DNA of 64,000 bases, from the NCBI GenBank assembly GCA_977020255.1, contig CDROCS010002968.1, positions 248,001 to 312,000 on the forward strand. Reading direction: 5' to 3'. Below, one piece after another: positions 39,604-49,520 of this stretch. Below the pieces are notes generated by a model, which was not told the origin of the DNA, ran no database searches, and saw only the letters and a list, made by a program, of their open reading frames with translations. Source of the DNA: Obrimoposthia wandeli. Lineage: Eukaryota. The translations under genes and the position numbers were made by a program. Numbering within the stretch: the first letter of the stretch is position 1; every line of letters begins with the position of its first letter.

Positions 39604-40832
39604 CTATAATATGACAGTTCTGTTTTTATTGATTTGTATTTCCGAATCAAATACTCCGTAAATAAGCACCGTAGTAGGATGTGTTAAAGCTGCATTGAAC
39701 TTAATTTCTAGTCATAAATTTCCATCCTTTGGTAGTTGGCATTGGTTTATATCAAAGTCTGGTGCCAAAACAAATGTTAAGAACGGGCAGCTAATTTTAA
39801 AATCAGTGAAAAAAATACCATTGTTTATATTTTTATCTAGTTGACCCAAATTACGAATAATAGATTGCGTATAAGCCAAAGCATAAGCGTTACCTTCGAA
39901 ATCTGTTTTATATGTTTCACGATAATCAGTATTTCTTGAAAGTGTCACTGAACCTACATTAAGATTGTCAAATTGAGTTGAATCTGTCGTATAATTTCCT
40001 AGATACTTTGCAGTTTTTTGAAAAGAAATTAAATCGAATTTCGGTAATCTTACATCACCAAATATTTGATCCTTATTAAAAGCTTGTGTACCCGTACCTA
40101 AAGAGTAAGATATAAGTGTAGTTTCTCTAATAGAATAGCAAGCATTGTTTTTCCCTTCCTATATTATGTGCCATCAAAACTGATTGCTCGGTTTTAACTC
40201 TTCGAACATACAATTTTGCAACCAAAATATCAAGTCTAGGTTTCAGAACGTCTGTGCTTATCAAAAGAAAATTCCATTTATTACGTTTCAAGTGAAGATG
40301 TACATTAACACCGGGAATTAAATATTTCGGTTGTTCAAAGAAATTCAATCTCAAAGACCCACACATTTCGTAAGCTTTAGAACCTGCAATCTATTCTTTG
40401 CGAGTTGCAACCGTTTTATCAAAAACCAATGGTTGCCAAATTAGTATTTTAAGTATCAGTACTATAATTCAAAATACTTTCAATCCAAGCTTTATGAGCA
40501 TAGAAAGAATTTCCACTTTCAATTTTGACATTATTAAGAGTAACAATGGCATCACTAAATAATGAATTAAAGAGATAATTTACAGGTGTTACATCGGAAT
40601 TTTCCTCTAAATTAGTACCATCCCGATTTAATACTTTTATTTGAACATAAAGCAAAGTATCATTTAAATCTAAATATTCGCTATTGGAACCATTAATATT
40701 AAATTCTAAATCGGTTAAAGTGTTTCCTGAAACTGAGTTAACTAGAACTATTTCTTCAAAGGAATCATTATCTACAACTAACTGTGGAAGTGGTTTATCA
40801 AAAATACAAAATTCGGTTTTGACGCAACTCAT
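39604..40832 (-). pseudogene. Major capsid protein (double jelly-roll, hexon-like), disrupted
   Basis: ORFs 40449-40832, 40127-40366 and 39712-39948 join across stops and frameshifts: LEFNINGSNSEYLDLNDTLLYVQIK, YAHKAWIESILNY, FFEQPKYLIPGVNVHLHLKR, FVLAPD..GNL, typical of Polinton MCP. Confidence 0.9.
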
Positions 40833-41206
40833 TTTGCAAATATTGTTCCTTCAACTTTCCTATGTTTGTTTATATTAATTTTTTGCTTCTTTTTACGTTT
40901 AAATCCACTACCTTCTTTGCTTTTATTTGATTTACCTTTTCTAATCAAATTAGCAACTTCAGGTAAAACATTATCAAGTTCATTAAGTGTATGCTTCTTA
41001 AAAGTTGGTATTAGTTTATTGTCATTAGATGAAAGGTAATCCTTTCCTAATTTTGATACAAATCACCTGAGTCTTTTTAAAAGAGGAAAGGCAAATCTAC
41101 CTAATGTTCTAAGCCAGCCAGATCCATATTGTTTACCAACAAAATATGGTAATTATCCACCTTGTTGGCTTTGATTATAAGCCTCAATTATTGCTGGATT
41201 CGTCAT
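40829..41206 (-). pseudogene. Small basic/amphipathic virion core-type precursor (QxGxG protein) between penton and MCP
   Basis: MTNPAIIEAYNQSQQGG*LPYFVGKQYGSGWLRTLGRFAFPLLKRL...KQEGSGFKRKRSKK. The QxGxG plus amphipathic helix pattern and gene position are typical of Polintons. Confidence 0.75.
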
Positions 41207-42242
41207 TTTGTTTTCTTAAATGTATTGTTAAACTTGTCTTGGCCCCGTACGTGAAATCTATTAGTTGTTCGGAATCATCTCTAATATTTACTTCAATATT
41301 GTTTATAGAAAAGAGAGCAACTGGAAGATACATTGGTTGATCTATACGCATACTGACACCGTCCCCATCTTTAGTTTTATTTTGAGATATCCATATTGTT
41401 CTCAAAAGAGGAACTCGTTGTCGTCCTACAAGCGTTGGTTCTATTAAATTAGTATAAATATATAAATGATTAACAACATTTAAAGGTTTTGCCTTATTTT
41501 TAGCTTTTATGGTTTTTATTGTATGGGTTTCAAAGGTATTTCTGTTTAAACCGAGGTATTTAGTGAGTTTATCATCAAATGAAACCGGTTTTATGTTGCT
41601 CTTTACTGTATACGTTAATTTACCATTTAATGTTACACATTTATCCAAATATTCATTACATTCCTTCTGTATTAATTTACATAAATCCACTTCACTATCT
41701 ATTTTATAATCCTTTGAAAACCTTTTCGGTTCCACTACAGTCTTTGGTCTCGTTTAAATTAACAACACTTTTGCTACTCTACCAGGAACATTTCTAACCG
41801 ATTTAGATGAGACTATATCCCGTCTATTACGAGATACTGCTTGTTCACTATCAAAACTGAATTGAAGAGCTTCTTTTTCAGATTCAAATGTAATTTTAAT
41901 AGCTTGAAGATATTTTATTCGATTTTTAAATCTGACTTTGTTATTTTCATATATAACTTTTACTTCTTTATCTATTCAATTGTAAAAGAAGTTTCCTTTA
42001 CTATCAAATCCGATCACAACTTCAGTTGTTTTTTCATGATCAAATTCTTTTGTAAACGACATATGTGAGTTTTTTCTGATAGTAACTGGAGAATAATAAA
42101 ATGAAAATTATGTTAAAGCCGCTTCCCATTCTCCTTGGAGATTTATAGAATTTTCCCAATCGATAATAAAGCTACTAGCGTCATTATCTGGTTGAGTCTT
42201 CGGGCATCCGTTACTAGGTAAAACCATATACATAGACTTCAT
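41184..42242 (-). pseudogene. Minor capsid protein (penton, single jelly-roll), disrupted
   Basis: N-terminus MYMVLPSNGCPKTQPDNDASSFIIDWENSINLQGEWEAALT; C-terminus LYIYTNLIEPTLVGRQRVPLLRTI...PMYLPV..INNIEVNIRDDSEQLIDF...IHLR. Confidence 0.88.
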
Positions 42243-43268
42243 ATTATATTAGATGCTGATATCCAAGTTGGGTCTGAATAACCATGCCATTTAACAAAGT
42301 ATTGTTTATGTTTACAGGCACCCTTAGATTTTAATATTTTTTGAATACGGAAAACGCTAGGTTTATTTGATATTACTTGTAGTTCTTGCATGTAAAATTT
42401 ACCGTGAACGATATTATTGTCAGCATCTTTAATAGTATACATTATTGGATTACTCTTTTGATCAATTTTACTTATACAAAATATTTTATCGCTCCAATTC
42501 TGATCAAAGTTTTTAATAAATGGAGTAGAGCTAATTTTCGAAATTCGGACATATTCCTTTTTCTTATATTTAGCTTTTCTAATATTTTTCTTTTTTATTC
42601 CTGTACATCCAAATATCTTTAGAATTTTTATTAGTAACATCAACAGGTCTCATTCCCTTGAGACCTCTATGTTCAGAGTGATTATATGCATGTATTATTT
42701 TAAGTAAAACTTGGATCCATTTTTTATTTCCTTCTTTTGTGAAATACTTTTTTATTCGATCTCTTACAGTACAATTAAATCTTTCTACTACTGCTGCTTT
42801 GTACTGTGATAACACAGGGTAGTGATTTATATTATTTTGTTTAAATAATTATTGAACTTTCTTATTATAAAATTCTTTTCCTAAATCAGTTTGCACATTT
42901 TGTGGAATGCCCTCTTTTAATATTTCTTTAATGGCTTCAAGCATAGCTATTGAAGACTTTGCTTTAACTGGAATTGCACGAGCAAACCTGCTAAATACAT
43001 CAATACATGTTAAAATATATCGATATCCCTTATTAATGGAAGAATATGGGATCATCTCCATCAAATCCATTTGCCATAAATTATTAGGACCGCTGGTTTT
43101 GTAAGCTCTAGTTGGAAACCTTCTTCTCATCGGCTTGTTCAGACTGTAGGCTAACTGGTCGCTCAGCCATTTCTGCGTTTTCTTGTAATTTTGTTTTGTT
43201 CTTTTTGCTAATTTTGAAACTCCTGTGTAGCCAATTGGATCTTTTGGATTGAACCATATCTTCTCCAT
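42239..43268 (-). pseudogene. int: Retroviral-like (rve) DDE integrase with C-terminal chromodomain-like region
   Basis: WQMDL, YILTCIDVFSRFA, QTDLGKEF, VVERFN (DDE), YNHSEHR, and QYFVKWHGYSDPTWI at the C-terminus. One stop and a frameshift. Confidence 0.95.
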
Positions 43269-43354
43269 TACAACAATTTGAATAGAAAGAAAATTTAAGT
43301 TTAGGTAAAGAAGGGCTAGCACCCATATCTTTAGCTGATTTTAGAAATAATTGT

Positions 43355-43683
43355 TTATGAACGTGTCGCAGCTATAATACTACTGATAATTGAAGCAACA
43401 ACTGGAATAACAGCCCCTATGAAACCACCATTCTGTTAAGAATAATATTTCGTTTCCTTTTTTTACTTTTTACATTAGCAATATCTAGAGAAGTTTTTCT
43501 TTATTTCTTTAATATATTTTTCCGATTTTCAACTTTTACTCGACTCAAAACTATATTATACAAAACTTCCAATAAATCATCTACAACAAAGGATGGAAAT
43601 GCTTTAAGAATAATCATTCTCTTATTAAAAGAAGCTTTGACTAAAGCTTTAAAATAGGGTATGCTTCTTTGTATTTTCTTCAT
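43355..43683 (-). pseudogene. Conserved Polinton small ORF ending in a QNGGF + hydrophobic tail
   Basis: MKKIQRSIPYFKALVKASFNKRMIILKA...LLEVLYNIVLSRV..., then after a frameshift QNGGFIGAVIPVVASIISSIIAATRS*. Confidence 0.7.
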
Positions 43684-43882
43684 TTTAATAAAAAAGGTTC
43701 AATTTAAATATTGTTTATATTCGAAGCCATATAAGTTTTTTTTTATTTTTAACTACAGATTTGATTAATTCTTTCACTTCTTTTTTCTTAATAATTCTTT
43801 TTTTTGATTTCTTAGATTTTACTTTACGTTTTACTATCAACTTTGTAAAAGGCATTGCGAATTTATTTTTTATAATTGTTCT

Positions 43883-44491
43883 CTATTTGTTTGAATTAAA
43901 TATGTCTGTTAAAACACATAAATCATCTGGGCAAGCTTGTGTAAAGTCAATAAATATATACCCATGTGCTTGTTTAGCAGCATCGTGGAATGAATCAACT
44001 AGAAAGTTCTTATTTTGAGGAAATGCCTGTCTGGCCACAAAATCAACAACTGTTTGATCTCTAGGATTTTTAAATAAAACTAAGTAATGTACATTAAGAT
44101 TTCTTGTTCTATGGTGACCTCCTTGGTGAAACAGATTTTGAGTGATAAATATAACTGTAACTTCACGATGTCTTGCAATCTTTGTAAATAAATTATTAAA
44201 GTCCGATTCCTTGTTAGCCTCCTCATACAAATCATCAATTATTATTACATCTTTTTTTTTCAATCTTTCACACCAATTTGCATCAAATCCTTCAATAAAT
44301 TTTATACCCTTCAACTTGCAAACTTTTGTTTTGGTTAACCCGCTTTCCCCTCCTCCACCATGATGCCAATAAATATTTTTGAAACTAGATTTGCAAAGAG
44401 ATTTATTTTGCAACAATTTACATACGAAATGTGTCTTTCCACTTCCACTGAAACCAACTATTTGAAATAAAGCATTATTATTTAGCTCCAT
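43883..44491 (-). CDS. A32/FtsK-HerA-like genome packaging ATPase
   Basis: 202-aa ORF with Walker A GFSGSGKT, Walker B IIIDD, RH..TVIFITQNLF, NVHYLVLFKNPRD and HGYIFIDF. Confidence 0.95.
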   Translation of the reverse strand: MELNNNALFQIVGFSGSGKTHFVCKLLQNKSLCKSSFKNIYWHHGGGGESGLTKTKVCKLKGIKFIEGFDANWCERLKKKDVIIIDDLYEEANKESDFNNLFTKIARHREVTVIFITQNLFHQGGHHRTRNLNVHYLVLFKNPRDQTVVDFVARQAFPQNKNFLVDSFHDAAKQAHGYIFIDFTQACPDDLCVLTDIFNSNK

Positions 44492-44791
44492 TCTTTCATT
44501 TAATATTGTTTATATTATCATAGAAGTTTTCTTATTGAAATGTACAATGTTAGAGCTATTGTAGATGAAATACAAAATTTAATTAATGAATATTTGGCTA
44601 TAATTTTATTTATTTGTGTACGATTTCTAAATTCTCGAATAACGTGTGATCTAACCAAATATTTCAATGTTATCTTTTGTTATATCATTATTTTTTAATT
44701 CTGATAAAATTTGTTTACCCCTAATTTTCCCAGAAAATATTTCGCCGACAAGACGATCCACTTCATAGTCTGTATTTATAGTATTATTCAT
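44490..44791 (-). pseudogene. Unknown Maverick ORF between TBP-like gene and ATPase
   Basis: MNNTINTDYEVDRLVGEIFSGKIRGKQILSELKNNDITKDNIEIF... then frameshift or stop. Fills the gap in the minus-strand gene run. Confidence 0.35.
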
Positions 44792-44819
44792 TTGAAACAA
44801 TAAGTTTAAACGGGTTTGT

Positions 44820-45319
44820 TTATAGAAAAGATAACAAGATGTAATAAGATATATTTTCTAAAGTCAAATCAACAATGTCTGGATAATCAGAATTTTTCAA
44901 TCCCAATATCATAACTTTACCACTGGAAAATATATTTACACATAGCGGTTTAAACTTCAAATAACTGAGAGCAGGAAAATTTTCTGGTTCAAACATGCGT
45001 TCTTCTTTCATTTTCTCTGCAGTTTAAAAAAGATTTATCTGTTTCCCAATATTAGCTGAAATTGTGATTGATTGTATTGCAGTGATTCGAATTCCAAATG
45101 GTAAATTGAACCCAAGCATTGGTATTTTGCATCCCATAACACGACAATTTCCTAAAATAATTCAATATGAAATTAAAATAAAAACTAACCTGTAGGAAAA
45201 ATAACAACTGTGAAATTGTCAAACTTTTTCACATATTGTCTCGGCTTCCATTCATTGAATGGTAAGTACGAAACATCATCTTCTATTCTACCTTTATAAT
45301 TTATATTTACGAGTTTCAT
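44820..45319 (-). pseudogene. TATA-binding-protein (TBP)-like gene, two exons, 153 codons, one premature stop
   Basis: Exon 45319-45190, 38-nt GT-AG intron, exon 45151-44820. Protein MKLVNINYKGRIEDD...TVVIFPT|GNCRVMGCK...IRITAIQSITISANIGKQINLF*TAEKMKEERMFEPENFPALSYLKFKPLCVNIFSSGKVMILGLK has two TBP-like repeats. Confidence 0.8.
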
Positions 45320-45409
45320 TAAACTAAAATTGTATTCTGTAAAATCTTCTTTATATATGTCTGAACCTGCTTTTTTATTGCATGTTTCTTGTAGTTATCT
45401 TGCAAACCT

Positions 45410-45555
45410 ATTATAATTGGATGATATATTTCTTCCAATCAAATTTGATTTTTAATATTGATTTAGTCCAATCAAATTCAATGCTTTAGTTATATTAACC
45501 AATGAGATTCATGTCTTTGTTATAAATTAGTATTAAAGAATGCGCCATTGGAGGA
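45410..45555. promoter_or_regulatory. Putative divergent promoter (TBP-like / ORF A) with CCAAT-box cluster
   Basis: CCAAT at 45435, 45468 and 45499 (33- and 31-bp spacing); ATTGG at 45416 and 45547. Lies between divergently oriented ORFs. Confidence 0.55.
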
Positions 45556-45568
45556 AAAATCACAATAA

Positions 45569-46051
45569 ATGCATTCATATCAAAGACAATTATCAACGAT
45601 AGACGATAGCCAACGGATATTAAGCGGTGACGAAGATTTAGAAATGTTTGAAGAATCGGATAAGGATATGTATGAAGAAGTGAAACAATATTTCAAATAC
45701 AAAGTCAGATTTTTGAAGAAGGCTCAACTGATTGCTTTAGTAAATCCTGTGACAATTGAAAGAAGAAAGTTCAGCTATTATCTATCAAATATTCAAAAAC
45801 CAGATTTTCAATATCTTAAACAGAAAGTTTAAAAGGCAGTTCCAAATTTTACTTTCAATAAGAACGAATTTTATATCTGACGAGCCGATGCAGCATTTCT
45901 AGATGACTATGGAAGAGAAATAAATGTTGATGCGTTTCCGAAAAAGAAGCAATGGACTGTAACAATTCGACTTTATGGTTACAAGAAAGATGAAATTGGA
46001 ACAAAGTTGTCTATGTGGAAAATTGATCGTGCTCATATCCCTATGTTTTAA
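45569..46051 (+). pseudogene. Maverick ORF A, putative OB-fold ssDNA-binding-like protein (2 in-frame stops)
   Basis: Single frame through stops at 45830 and ~45878, ending ...FLDDYGREI...WTVTIRLYGYKKDEIGTKLSMWKIDRAHIPMF*. Paralogous to the next ORF. Confidence 0.55.
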
Positions 46052-46328
46052 ATATTTTCCTTTTTTACTTTCATTTTCCATGTAATAAATTGTAATTGGT
46101 TTTATTCATTTTTAATATGTTTCTTTCATTTGGCAATTAATAATTAGTTTTATTTTTCATAATATTTGTATCTTATATGTATTTTTTTATAAACATTGAT
46201 TTTTTTAATCAGTTTCCTTATTTTAGAATGAGCCTCTTCTGAGATAGGTAGGAAATTTTTATTATCCAGAAAGAATTTAAAAAGGAAAACTATGTAATAT
46301 ATTAAAGAGGCTTCAAATTATACGAGTT

Positions 46329-46638
46329 ATGAATCCTGTGAAAATATCTAAAGTTGAGAATAAATATCTGATCGAAATTTTAACAACATCTGATATTGAT
46401 CAATTGAAAGATATTTTGGGATTTTACATTCCTGATTATGTATATGAAGGAAATTGTTTCCATCTTGAAACTGATCCCAGTCTGGATTTTAAAGATGATC
46501 TAGGATATTTGATTGCTCCAATTCTAGATGAAGAACTATGGAATATTTCAATACGTCTCAATGGATAATTTTGCTGATGACGGTAAAATGCAGCCTCTTT
46601 GGACATTGAGTGAAGCCAATATGTTGTTTTATGTTTAA
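46329..46638 (+). pseudogene. Maverick ORF B, tandem paralog of ORF A (frameshift near 46565)
   Basis: MNPVKISKVENKYLIEIL...FKDDLGYLI...WNISIRLNG/YFADDGKMQPLWTLSEANMLFYV* aligns collinearly with ORF A. Confidence 0.55.
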
Positions 46639-46972
46639 TAAATGTTTTGAAAAATAATTTTGATTCGTATTTTGCTTTTTCTCCTCTAAACTATATAGAT
46701 CTGACCTAATTTTCTCTTATAAATCTGACTTAAATTTTTAACAAAAACATGTAGTAATCTAAAATCTTTCTTAAAAATAGTAGTAATATATTCACATTTT
46801 ATTTGAAATCTCGTATGTGATAAGCCGCCGGGGTCAATATGGATTCTCGTGATCTTCTCTAATCACTTTTGAGATTCGCTGTAAATTTCAAAGTAAAATA
46901 AAAAAATGTGTTGCTTTTCAAAATAAAATTCCCTACGCACATACACCAAATTTCACTCCACACACATGCACG

Positions 46973-47069
46973 AAATTTCACTCCACACACATGCACGGTT
47001 TTAAAGGACAATGGTAGCCCCCCGGGGAGAGGCGGAGGGAGTGGATTATACCGGACACATCCACCTACT
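46973..47069 (-). repeat. Right terminal inverted repeat of the Maverick
   Basis: Reverse complement of the left TIR. Its inner end is tandemly duplicated (AAATTTCACTCCACACACATGCACG twice, ~46949-46997). Confidence 0.95.
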
Positions 47070-47330
47070 TATTGGGCATGTTTACGAGCCATTCATTAAC
47101 AACATCTTCTTTCCCATTGCCAGCTACACCAACAACATTGAATCTTATTTAAACTTTGAAAACATGGTTTTTATGCCGGGAAAAATCAATGAAAAGCTTG
47201 TCATGTTCAGATGGTGTTGATCTTTGACCATTAACACAAAACCGCCAAACTAGATGTGACCTTGTGATCAACGAACAACCACCCGTTACGAAGATTATTT
47301 CTGTTAACAAATTAAGAATAATGATTGGAA
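47070..47330 (-). mobile_element. pogo/Tigger-like transposase relic, 5' part
   Basis: Removing the Maverick and one TSD copy restores the frame IRFNVVGVAGNGKEDVVNEWLVNMPN|TLETYSPY. Confidence 0.65.
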
Positions 47331-47779
47331 AAATTAAATCGAATGTCTCATAGCTAATTGTCTAAAGCATTTATATCATTATTAGTTCTAGTTACTCACA
47401 CTTTATCAAAGAAAAATTAGTTTGATGCAGTATTAAGTTATTCGACAAAATATGTTAAATTATCGTTAATGAACGTTTGTCTGTACATAACATAGTAAAG
47501 GTAGTGTCTCCTGTATTTAAAAATAAATTAAAAACCTTTTATTTTATTTATCTGCGCTACAGTCATCCCTACTGTCTGGATAAATCCAAAATAATCAAAT
47601 AAAGTAAAATAAAAAGTGTTTCGTAAAAATGTTACTCACAGCTTCTGAAATTTGAGTTAGAAAATTCTGCCAGGGAAAAAATCGATTGACTCGAATAACT
47701 CTAGGACAATCCTCAAAATGTGCACAAATCAAATATGTATTTATTGTATATAAGATTATATATAAGATTATATATATGT

Positions 47780-49520
47780 TGCTTTTAATAAAATGGCTTC
47801 AATGAGCTTTGATAGCTGAGTTGGTATCTGGTATCATACAGAGCTCAGTTAAAGTGAATGGTGCCATGAGTTCCAATGACCTAGGGATTCATTTTGTTGG
47901 TGGATCTAACTTGGCTCTTGATTCTGTTGGTACTGAAACTTTCCTGTTACAAATCAGCATCTGAGTATTTGATGAAGCAGACACTATCTTGTAACACAAC
48001 ATCCCACGGAACAAGCCTTTTTATCATATCAATCAGTCTGTTAATCTAACATCGCTTTACAAACAAATGTAGAGCACTTTAAAATCACATTTTATAATAC
48101 AACACTTTATATCGAAAAACACCAGCTGATAGTAAAAAGACAATAGCCAATAAACTAACAGAGATCGAATTTGAAATTACCGATATACAATAATTAGTCA
48201 TCTCACATCAAAAATTATTGATTATAATCATTAAATATAATAATAAATTAATAATATCCATTTAAAACTAGTTTACAAAGACACTGAAACTCGACATATA
48301 AACGATAGAATTCACCTGGGACACATTTGTATAATCTACATAATTTTGAATGCATATTATTTTATGGAAATTTGAGTGAATTAGTGCAATAAATTGATGA
48401 GATAAGTTATGAGAGTTATTGCACCAGTTAGACTTATCACAAAATATCTGTAAAGTATTGTTTCAACATTCAAAGCAACAACTTAAATCTGAAGTGAAAA
48501 GCTGAAATGAAAAACTGGACAATTCGTTAGATGACACATTAAATAAAATAACCAGAAACATCGCCTGTCTGTGATTGAGGAGGTGGTGCTGGAGAAGCCC
48601 AGTAGCGAAACAGTTAAGCTAAAATAGACGGTAAATATGACAATGATGGTGGTGATGATGTGAGAAATGCGAATGTGGTGTATTTGTTAATGCTGCTGTT
48701 GTTGTTGCTGTTGCTTCTACCTCTTGTTGCTACATGGGTTGCATAGGCCACAGTATTTTTGATATCTTCTTCGTCCTCTAACAATACAGAACTATCTCAA
48801 ATGCAGCTACAGAAGAAGAATATTCTCTCTCTTCTTCCCTGCTCTCTTAATCTCCTCGTCATATAGACACAGTAAAGTTCTCGGGTGTACGTGTACACCC
48901 AGAATAGAAAGAGGGGAATTAAAGTCTTCAACAGACTGTGGGTTTGAAGTAAAAGAAGGCATTGAAGTGCAACGATTGCATGTTTATCAAAAAATCTGCA
49001 GCTTCATCAATTATATCGATTGGAGTATCATTCGTAGCTGGACTGTCTTCAGTTGTCGATCTGATTCTGAACTGAAGTTAGAGAGCGGCGCATTGTCAAT
49101 TGTTGTATCGTACAATAGATCCCCTTTGCTGCAGGATTCTTGCGAGAATTGACTATTTTCTTTAACTTCAATTTTAGACGACTTTGGGTTCTGTTAAGTG
49201 GATGTCGGACAGAAGATGATTTCAGATTAGCACGTGTTGAAATCCACATAGTGAAATATAGTTTGTAAACAAAAAAATATTTTTAACTTATCTTGTTAGA
49301 CAATTATTTAGTTACTGATAATTAGAACAATATATATTGCGGTTTTATTGGATACAACTTCGTAATATTTCCTTCTTCCTCCTCAAAAGAACAATACACA
49401 TTCCTGTCAATTTACAACAAAAAGCATCAATATCTAATTTATTTCCCAAGCAGTAGTGTATCCATTTCTTTAATCGACTGTGGTTGTCTGCCTCCTAGCC
49501 ACGTTCAACATGCATCTGCT
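47780..49520 (-). mobile_element. Possible ISL2EU/Harbinger-type relic (THAP-like start, DDE_Tnp_4-like end)
   Basis: LVPWDVVLQDS resembles LxPGDxVLADRG; GKFQ, VIG and QIPTQLSKLIEAI follow. Weak THAP-like RLKKWIHYC..YCSF near 49480-49370. Confidence 0.3.

Larger units (their letters stand above)
33042..47069. mobile_element. Maverick/Polinton (adintovirus-like) element, full span, decayed
   Basis: Inverted termini AGTAGGTGGATGTGTC... (33042) and ...GACACATCCACCTACT (47069). Identical 6-bp TSD TATTGG at 33036-33041 and 47070-47075. Contains PolB, protease, MCP, penton, integrase and ATPase genes. Confidence 0.97.
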
